In this document: positions 57,479-64,000 of the stretch, one piece after another
Layout of the letters: every line of letters begins with the position of its first letter
How positions within the stretch are numbered: the stretch's first letter is position 1
DNA from: a virus
Lineage: Duplodnaviria > Caudoviricetes
IMG/VR virus record: IMGVR_UViG_3300028887_000067
Location: 224,001 to 288,000 of that record
DNA: 64,000 bases
Strand: one strand, 5' to 3'
Translations under genes and position numbers: made by a program
The notes under the pieces: generated by a model
Databases searched by the model: none
What the model saw: the letters and a program-made list of their open reading frames with translations, nothing else
What the model was told of the DNA's origin: nothing

Positions 57479-58345
57479 ATGTTGAAAGCCATTAACACGG
57501 CGTTCTTGGAGAAGTTCTATTCTTCGTTCGCCCGTCTTGAATACTGCGGAAAGGTCAAACTTGTCCAAAAGGCGAGGCTTGCGAACGCTGTCCTTGCTGG
57601 CAAGATTGCCGAACACGGGCTCTACGTTGCCCCCGTTGGCGACCCCTGCACCCTTGGCGACGTCTACAAGAGCAACACCTACGCCATCCAGCTTGGCGGT
57701 TCTATGGACTACAAGCGGTGCGTGATGAACGCCATCGGCCGTGCCGGAAACAAGGGCATTGTGGAAAGCTACGAGCCCGACCAGCGCAACACGGGTTACT
57801 TCCCCATCTTCAAGGATTTCCTGTACTGCAAGAACGACCTGACGGACTACGCTATCGCCGTGTACCGCCGGAGCGACACGTCCGACCCGAAATATTTTCT
57901 TGCAAACGGCACGGAAATCGACAAGTACGCCTTCGCCCAGTGGGCTCCGTCCGACGATTTCAAGCGTTGGAGCGGTGAAGAAGTCAAGAAGTCGGCCGTG
58001 GGCGTGATGGTTCCCGTGTTCACCAGCGACGGAAAAATGATTTTTGAGACGGATGCTGAAGGGAATCAGATTCTTGGCAAGGACGGCAAGCCCGTGCCCA
58101 AGAAAAAGAAGGTGATGCTCCCTGCACGTGACGACAACGGGGATATTATTTTTGAGAAGGATGCCGACGGCAATCTCGTACCGAAAGAAATTCCTCTCCC
58201 CCCGTTCCAGCGCATCAACCTCTCGAATTGCCGTGTGTACATCAAGGAACACAACATCACCGACCAAATTTTGTTGAACCGCCCCGTTGATATGGCGTGG
58301 CTGTTGCAGAAAAAGGCCGAATTTGAAGAACGGGTCGGGAAGTAG
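57479..58345 (+). CDS. Hypothetical protein
   Basis: AAGGAG RBS; terminator at 58363-58385. Confidence 0.8.
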   Translation: MLKAINTAFLEKFYSSFARLEYCGKVKLVQKARLANAVLAGKIAEHGLYVAPVGDPCTLGDVYKSNTYAIQLGGSMDYKRCVMNAIGRAGNKGIVESYEPDQRNTGYFPIFKDFLYCKNDLTDYAIAVYRRSDTSDPKYFLANGTEIDKYAFAQWAPSDDFKRWSGEEVKKSAVGVMVPVFTSDGKMIFETDAEGNQILGKDGKPVPKKKKVMLPARDDNGDIIFEKDADGNLVPKEIPLPPFQRINLSNCRVYIKEHNITDQILLNRPVDMAWLLQKKAEFEERVGK

Positions 58346-58413
58346 GGAAACCTACCAACGGCAGGGGGCGCAAGCCCCCTTTTTTATTTGCTCCAAAACT
58401 TTTGTTTTGGGGC

Positions 58414-58552
58414 TTTTTCCGTTCGTGCGCCCTATGGCGTTTTTTGTTCTGTAACCGCCTAGGGCGGTTTTTTCCGTTCGTGCGCCCTATGGCGTTTTTT
58501 TCGTTCTGTAACCGCCTAGGGCGGTTATTCTTTTTTAAGCTCCCTATGGCGC
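58414..58552. repeat. About 55-bp tandem duplication made of about 28-bp hairpin units
   Basis: CCTA(T/G)GG at 58431, 58458, 58486, 58515, 58543. Confidence 0.8.
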
Positions 58553-58758
58553 CCGTGGATGCCGTTTTTTGCGGTTCCCGTAGCCCGTGGGCTCGTTTTG
58601 TGCCTATGCCGTGTTGGTGTGGGGGTTTCTTTTTCGTGCCCTGCGTGGGCGGTTCGTGGCCGTCCCCCGGCCTGTCACTGCCGGACGGTGGCCGGGGCTC
58701 CTCCGCGCCCCCATCGGGTGTGTGTGAGGCGATGAGGCCTCGCAAAGGAGTCAAGCAA

Positions 58759-59082
58759 ATGAAAAACAAGTTTTTGCAAGTCCTGTTCGCCAACAGGGAG
58801 ACCCTGTTGAAGCAGGCACGTGCGGACTGGGAGTCCAAGAAGCGCCCCCACGGGCCGTTCCTCTCCCGTCTCTTCGTGGACGAACGCGGTAAGGTGTTCT
58901 ACGACTGCCGTAACGACCACGACCTGAACACGGCTCTCGTGACCCGTGTCCGTCTCGGCAAGGTCGTCATCGCCGCCATCAAGGGCGTGCTGAAGGTGAC
59001 GACCGAGGACGAATGCGAGCACGTGAGGATGGCGGAGCTCACCGAGGAGTACAAGCGCCTCCACGCTGGGGCGCAGGCCTAA
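58759..59082 (+). CDS. Hypothetical protein
   Basis: Motif copy plus AAGGAG RBS. Confidence 0.75.
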   Translation: MKNKFLQVLFANRETLLKQARADWESKKRPHGPFLSRLFVDERGKVFYDCRNDHDLNTALVTRVRLGKVVIAAIKGVLKVTTEDECEHVRMAELTEEYKRLHAGAQA

Positions 59083-59236
59083 GGCCTAGCCGTCCGACCC
59101 CCGACCCCGAGGGGGCAACGGACGGCCTTTGCCGTCCCTCCCAGGGTTCGGCACTGCCGGCCCGTGGCCGGGTTTCCTCGGGGGCGGGATAAATAATGTG
59201 TAAGGCGATGGTGCCTTACGGAAAGGAGTCAAGCAA

Positions 59237-60208
59237 ATGGAAAAAAGACTTACTTGCCGTGAAGTGGAGCGCAGGATAGGCGTTGAAATCACGGAAAAAT
59301 TTTTGGAGGCGCTTGACAGGCGTGTCATCCCTTGGGAACAGCCTTGGCTCAAGCGTGAGAGCGACTACTACGGAGCGTCGGGCAAGCCCTACGGGTTCCT
59401 GAACTCTCTCCTTCTGTGGCTCGGAGGCCAACAGGCGGGCGAGTTCGTGACGGTCGACCAGGTGATTAAGCGCACCGGCACCAGCCGCAATGGCGAGGGC
59501 GAGGCGTGCGTGTGGAATCGGTTCATCCGCAAGGACGGCAAGTTCCCCGAGGGCACTTATATCGTCTTCAGGGGCAAGGTGCTGGGCAAGCGCCGTGACG
59601 AGAACGGCAACGTCGTCAAGGACAAGGACGGCAACCCCGAGCTTGTGGAATATTGGTGCCTGAAGAGTCACAAGGTGTACCGCATCGGCACCGAGGTTGA
59701 CTGCCCGAGGAACATTCCCGAAAAAACTTTTGACAAGACCCTGCGTGTGGCTAACCCCATACCGAGAGCCGAAAAGATTGTTCTCGACTACGTTTCCCGA
59801 GAGGGGGTCGGGTTCGGCCACGAGATGCAGGGCAGGGCGTTCTATCACCCTGCGACCGACCGCATCAACGTGCCGAGCATAGAAAACTTTGTTTCCGAGC
59901 CCGCCTACTATCAGGCTTGCTTCCACGAGATGGCTCACTCCACGGGTCACTCCAAGCGCCTGCACCGCCCGAAATTTTTCGTCAAGGGCGACGAACGCTA
60001 CTCCCGTGAGGAACTCATAGCGGAAATCGCTTCTGCGGTGTTGCTTCACGAGAACGGGCTGGCGGTCAACACGACCGACAGGAACCACGTGGCCTACATT
60101 CAGAGCTGGGGCAAGGCGCTGAAGAGCGACCCGCTCTTGATAGAGAAGGCAATGGCCGGAGCTATGGCGGCCGTGGAGTACATCTACCACGGCAAGGCGA
60201 AAAAATAA
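59237..60208 (+). CDS. ardC: ArdC-like antirestriction protein (ssDNA-binding plus MPTase domains)
   Basis: IPWEQPW, SGKPY..LN.LLL, AFY.P..D.I.VP, FHEMAHSTG, YSREELIAE, YIQSW. Confidence 0.9.
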   Translation: MEKRLTCREVERRIGVEITEKFLEALDRRVIPWEQPWLKRESDYYGASGKPYGFLNSLLLWLGGQQAGEFVTVDQVIKRTGTSRNGEGEACVWNRFIRKDGKFPEGTYIVFRGKVLGKRRDENGNVVKDKDGNPELVEYWCLKSHKVYRIGTEVDCPRNIPEKTFDKTLRVANPIPRAEKIVLDYVSREGVGFGHEMQGRAFYHPATDRINVPSIENFVSEPAYYQACFHEMAHSTGHSKRLHRPKFFVKGDERYSREELIAEIASAVLLHENGLAVNTTDRNHVAYIQSWGKALKSDPLLIEKAMAGAMAAVEYIYHGKAKK

Positions 60209-60259
60209 ATCCGAAAACGGGGGAGCCGTGAGGCTCCCCCCTTTCCCTAGGGGGTTCAA

Positions 60260-60418
60260 ATGTTTTTTTCAATTAAACTTTTGCTTTGCGTCGTCGTGGG
60301 TTTCGTAATCACGGCCAAGTATATCAAGGGCAAGGCCTTCGCCGTGTTGCTGAGCTTTGTCGGGATTGTTTGCGTGACGTGGTGCGTCACGAGCTACATT
60401 CAGAAGATTTTTGCTTAA
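60260..60418 (+). CDS. 52-aa two-TM membrane protein (not in ORF track)
   Basis: MFFSIKLLLCVVVGFVITAKYIKGKAFAVLLSFVGIVCVTWCVTSYIQKIFA; AGGGGG RBS. Confidence 0.6.
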   Translation: MFFSIKLLLCVVVGFVITAKYIKGKAFAVLLSFVGIVCVTWCVTSYIQKIFA

Positions 60419-60603
60419 CTCCTAGGGGGAGCCGTGGCGCTCCCCCTTCCAAGATTTTTGCTTACTCCGATGGGCCCGCGGATCGATCTGCGGGCCCTGT
60501 TTCGGTGGCTCGGGGCTGGGCCACTGCCGTGGACAGTCCGGGGTTCCGCTCGGGCCGCATCATTAATATACAAGGAAACGGACAACCAACAAGGAGTTAA
60601 GCC

Positions 60604-60798
60604 ATGTCCAAGGAAACCAAGGAATTTGACGTCGTCGTGATGGATTGCGCCAACCGCAAGGTCACGAAGACCCGTCGCCGCCTCCCCGTCGACATCACCA
60701 AGGTCGAACTCGAGGAGCTGCTGGTGCTTGAGGGCGACTACGACCAGAACACGTGCCACGTGATGTTCGGCGACCACATCAAGGTGGAGGCCGCCTAG
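60604..60798 (+). CDS. Small hypothetical protein
   Basis: Motif copy plus AAGGAG RBS. Confidence 0.75.
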   Translation: MSKETKEFDVVVMDCANRKVTKTRRRLPVDITKVELEELLVLEGDYDQNTCHVMFGDHIKVEAA

Positions 60799-60799
60799 C

Positions 60800-61078
60800 A
60801 TGGGAGTGCCGACCAAGAAGAAGGACAGGCACCGGCCTGGCTACTACAAGGACTACGCCAAGCGCACGGGCCGCAAGGACCGCCACCGCAAGGGGTACTA
60901 CAGGCAGTACAACCTCGCCCACCCCGAGCGCATAGCGCACCTGCTGTGCGACGTGCAGGCCAACAAGCCGTGGTCTCCGAAGCACCCCGACTGGTTTGAC
61001 GAGTACGGCAGGCTCATAAAAGATTTCGGCGACGCCGACGACGTTCACCCGTGTTCCGAAGAAGGACTCGGGCAGTAG
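60800..61078 (+). CDS. Small basic hypothetical protein
   Basis: GGAGG RBS; KDRHR.GYY duplicated. Confidence 0.65.
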   Translation: MGVPTKKKDRHRPGYYKDYAKRTGRKDRHRKGYYRQYNLAHPERIAHLLCDVQANKPWSPKHPDWFDEYGRLIKDFGDADDVHPCSEEGLGQ

Positions 61079-61111
61079 TACAACATTTTACCGAAAGGAG
61101 AATTTTAAATT

Positions 61112-61318
61112 ATGAATCCGAAACTTTCCCAACTGCTGAAAGTGAACAGCTGGGACAAATGGGTCCCCAAGAACCAGCGCACGGCAGAAAATCTTTTGCG
61201 CCTCGTGATTGCCGAGAGCCCCGACGACGCTCCCGCAATGATGGAACAGATGAAGAAGCACGGCCTCACCATCCCGGACGACCTCGCACCGGCCAGAACG
61301 TGGAGCGACTTCAAGTAA
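61112..61318 (+). CDS. Small hypothetical protein
   Basis: AAGGAG RBS. Confidence 0.7.
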   Translation: MNPKLSQLLKVNSWDKWVPKNQRTAENLLRLVIAESPDDAPAMMEQMKKHGLTIPDDLAPARTWSDFK

Positions 61319-61442
61319 TATGGCGAAACATCAACGAATCTACAAGCCCACCAAGAAGCGCGTCAGCGGGTAGGCCGATCCCCTGGCGCGTCCGGGGCTC
61401 CTCCGGGAGCCCATTCCTCCTGTACCAACCAAAGGAGTAAGC

Positions 61443-61667
61443 ATGAACAAATTTAAAATTCTGAACAAGAAATCCGTAGGCTACTGGTCCGCGCTCAACG
61501 GGCTGGAGGTCAAGGAAATCGGCGACGACTACGTGGAATGTGTCAGCGGGTCGTGGGACGGCCACAAGAAGGTGGCTCACTGCGTAAAAATTCATCACAA
61601 CACCAAGGGCGCCTTTATCCGCCTTAGGGGTTACAACTTCTACCTTAGGGACATCGTACCGATGTAA
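61443..61667 (+). CDS. Small hypothetical protein
   Basis: Motif copy plus AAGGAG RBS. Confidence 0.75.
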   Translation: MNKFKILNKKSVGYWSALNGLEVKEIGDDYVECVSGSWDGHKKVAHCVKIHHNTKGAFIRLRGYNFYLRDIVPM

Positions 61668-61678
61668 TGGAGGCCAAA

Positions 61679-61819
61679 ATGTACAGACTTTTGTCAAAGA
61701 CCCGTTTCCTGCGCTTCGCCCAGTTTGCGAGCGGTATCGGCCTCGTGGCTCCCGTTCCCGTGGCCAAGCACGCCTGCAGCGACCTTTACGGGCGGTTCGT
61801 GAAGCGCAACGGGCGATAG
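61679..61819 (+). CDS. 46-aa basic peptide (not in ORF track)
   Basis: GGAGG RBS; MYRLLSKTRFLRFAQF... Confidence 0.5.
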   Translation: MYRLLSKTRFLRFAQFASGIGLVAPVPVAKHACSDLYGRFVKRNGR

Positions 61820-61944
61820 CGGGGGGCGCGTGCGGCCGGGCCTGCGGGCCCGTCCACGTGCGGGAACCGTCCCGCACAATGCCGGCGGCCGGCCGGGGCT
61901 CCTCCGGGCCCGCATCCATCCTATACAACGAAAGGAGCTAAGCG

Positions 61945-62523
61945 ATGGAAACGAACGAAACCAAGACCCTTTACCTCAGGTACGACTGCACGTCCGAAGC
62001 GGACGACGTGGCCTGCCTCGTGACGACAATGACCGGCGACGCCTACGAGGTCGCCGTGAGGAACCCCGCCGACATCCAGGCCGCCGTGGCCAAGGCCGTG
62101 ACCGGCCCGACGAGGCCGCTGGTGGCTGCGCTGCTCGAACGCATGGGCGGTCTCGACAGGGATAGCATCGGCACGGTCGAGGAGACCGGCTGGTACGAAA
62201 GCGCCCGCATCAACTGGGCCGACCCCGCCGCCTCGACCGACCACGACGGCGGGCTGTACAGGGCCGAGGTGCGCCTCGACGACGGCCTGCTCGAGCTCCT
62301 GCGCTCCGACGTAGCCTACGCGCTGGACGACTGGTCGGACTGGGACAAGGACAGGGACGGGGTGAACCCGACCACCGAGGCCGTGTGCGAAAAGATTTGT
62401 TCCGACGCCGGATTTGGCGACGCGGTGCGGGAAATTTTTCCCAAGGTGCTGGACGTGCTCCCCAAGGTGATTTACGACATTATCGCCGACCGCTTGGACG
62501 GGGCCGACATAAAGGAGGAATAA
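61945..62523 (+). CDS. Acidic hypothetical protein
   Basis: Motif copy plus AAGGAG RBS; Asp/Glu-rich. Confidence 0.75.
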   Translation: METNETKTLYLRYDCTSEADDVACLVTTMTGDAYEVAVRNPADIQAAVAKAVTGPTRPLVAALLERMGGLDRDSIGTVEETGWYESARINWADPAASTDHDGGLYRAEVRLDDGLLELLRSDVAYALDDWSDWDKDRDGVNPTTEAVCEKICSDAGFGDAVREIFPKVLDVLPKVIYDIIADRLDGADIKEE

Positions 62524-62525
62524 AA

Positions 62526-62789
62526 ATGATTTCTTTCGCCGAATACGCCGAAAAAGACCCCCGATACGTGCGCCTGCGCAAGAAATTTAAATCCATTGAA
62601 GCGCTTGCCGACAGGGTTGAAGAGAAGCTGGGCACACGGCAGACCCCCACGGGGTTCGGCCAGAACTTTGACAAGGTGACGGCCGTGCAGAATATGATGA
62701 CCGAGCGCCTTGTGCAGCTCCGCAAGTGGTACGACAGCGGTGTGCAGGCCGAGAAGGCGGGCAAGCTGCCCCCGAAGACATTTGCTTAA
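62526..62789 (+). CDS. Small hypothetical protein
   Basis: GGAGG RBS. Confidence 0.7.
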   Translation: MISFAEYAEKDPRYVRLRKKFKSIEALADRVEEKLGTRQTPTGFGQNFDKVTAVQNMMTERLVQLRKWYDSGVQAEKAGKLPPKTFA

Positions 62790-62924
62790 CTCCTGCGGGG
62801 ACGGGCGGGAAACCGCCCGCCTGCCCCCGTTCCACGGTCCGGCTATGCCTGCGGGCGGCCGGGGCTCCCGTGGGAACGCATCAACCCTATACAAGCGAGG
62901 AACAATCAACAAAGGAGTTAAGAA

Positions 62925-63530
62925 ATGGGAACCGCTAGTTTCAAACAGGGGATAGACCCCAAGTTCATCCCGAGGGTCGTCGAGGAACACCCGACCATCC
63001 CCGTGGCGACGACTCAGGTCACGCTGGCCGCCATCCGTCCGATAGCCAAGCGCATCATTAACGGAGCCCGCTGCATCATGTACGACGCCCCGTGCGTAGC
63101 CGAGAGCCACGGCGGTAAGCTGGAATACGTTGCGTGGGGCTCCGGGCGCACCATCAACGACGGGCTCGCCACGCTGTTCGACGCGACCCGCATCGTAACC
63201 ACCATCCCCCGCACGAGCATCCTGAAGCCCGGCGAGGTGGCGGTGAGCCTGGAACGCAACGGGAGCGTGTCCTTCTACAAGATGCCCGAGTCCACGGAAG
63301 AGATGAAGGCGATGGCGTGGATTAACGCGGGCAAGCCCTGCGGATACCGCTACGGATTTTCTTGGAAGGGTGCGAGCACGAGACAAATTTCTTCGGACTC
63401 CGCCCGTGCCAGACTCTCGCAGAAGAAATATTTTGAACTCAGCTACGAACGCCGTGGGGCGAGCACCATCACGTCACAGGGCGAAGAATGGCTCGTGTTC
63501 GTGGAATATTCCGAAAACGACCTCCTGTAA
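62925..63530 (+). CDS. Hypothetical protein
   Basis: Motif copy plus AAGGAG RBS. Confidence 0.75.
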   Translation: MGTASFKQGIDPKFIPRVVEEHPTIPVATTQVTLAAIRPIAKRIINGARCIMYDAPCVAESHGGKLEYVAWGSGRTINDGLATLFDATRIVTTIPRTSILKPGEVAVSLERNGSVSFYKMPESTEEMKAMAWINAGKPCGYRYGFSWKGASTRQISSDSARARLSQKKYFELSYERRGASTITSQGEEWLVFVEYSENDLL

Positions 63531-63651
63531 GGGTGCGGCGGGGCGGGAATCCCGCCCCCCGTTCCCTTCGGGAAACGGTGCGATCGATCCCGGCCGCCCG
63601 CCGGGGCTTCCCTGCGGGCGCATTTTTTCTATACAACCAAAGGAGTTGAAA

Positions 63652-64000
63652 ATGCCTACTAAAACAATCAAGAATGTCGCCAAGAAGGTGACGGGATGCC
63701 TGAATAGCATCGTAAAGGGGATGCGTGTCGTCGTCCTCAGCTGCAGGTACAACACGTCGAGAAGCGGGGACGGCGTCTTCCCGCCCGTGGTATGCTCCAC
63801 GCCGAGCCGTGCCCGTGAAGAGATGTGGAAGGACGTCAAGAAGTACATGAAGACATCCATTGGCGCGGTCAATAAAGACGGGACGATAGATTGGAATTCC
63901 GTGGCCGAGATAGGCGATTTTGACGGCACCGAAGAGGACAGCCCCAAGACGCTTGACGACTTGGAGAAGTACATCATGTCGGGCGATTTCGGGGACAGCC
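63652..64000 (+). CDS. Hypothetical protein, runs off the window end
   Basis: Motif copy plus AAGGAG RBS; open frame MPTKTIKN... Confidence 0.75.
   Translation, partial: MPTKTIKNVAKKVTGCLNSIVKGMRVVVLSCRYNTSRSGDGVFPPVVCSTPSRAREEMWKDVKKYMKTSIGAVNKDGTIDWNSVAEIGDFDGTEEDSPKTLDDLEKYIMSGDFGDS

Larger units (their letters stand above)
57055..63640 (+). repeat. Nine dispersed copies of a fixed-spacing upstream motif (putative promoter)
   Basis: CCGGG(G/T) core starts at 57071, 57380, 58692, 59168, 60538, 61392, 61893, 62859, 63601. Confidence 0.9.

Noticed and set aside
58414-58552. Possible CRISPR mini-array
   Set aside because: The intervening sequences are themselves repeated, there are no unique spacers and no cas genes
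57055-63660. Integron attC array
   Set aside because: No GTTRRRY/RYYYAAC boxes and no integrase seen; the motif lies 5' of genes with promoter-like spacing
1-64000. tRNA, rRNA or tmRNA genes
   Set aside because: None recognised by eye; a tRNAscan/Infernal run is needed to exclude them

Overview
Most likely a 64-kb accessory segment of a large (jumbo) dsDNA phage. It has dense, mostly orphan ORFs, phage-type auxiliary enzymes, an amidase and a holin-like gene, but no rRNA, tRNA, CRISPR, ribosomal or capsid/terminase genes, so a megaplasmid-like element is not excluded. Recognisable content: a Sau3AI-like C5 methyltransferase split by a 133-aa mini-intein; PspA-like, P2-type ATPase and three TerD genes; Glf with GT111-like and GT2 glycosyltransferases; NADAR and a TARG1/DarG-like macrodomain; a PnuC/NDT/kinase operon; a contiguous pncB, nadD-NUDIX, pncA, metallophosphoesterase block; coaD-coaE; Thg1 and a CCA-adding enzyme; two TnpB elements; two paralog arrays; and ArdC. 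Three putative promoter classes are visible. (1) TGCTATATT(T), sigma70-like and often leaderless. (2) (A/C)TAAACT, before virion-like genes. (3) A nine-copy fixed-spacing GC-rich motif that heads each gene cassette after about 57 kb, next to an origin/terminus-like junction. Top leads are a deamidated NAD+ reconstitution route, a CoA-rebuilding pair, an ArfA-like gene with a terminator inside its ORF, and the cassette promoter array. All family calls come from motif recognition by eye; no searches were run.
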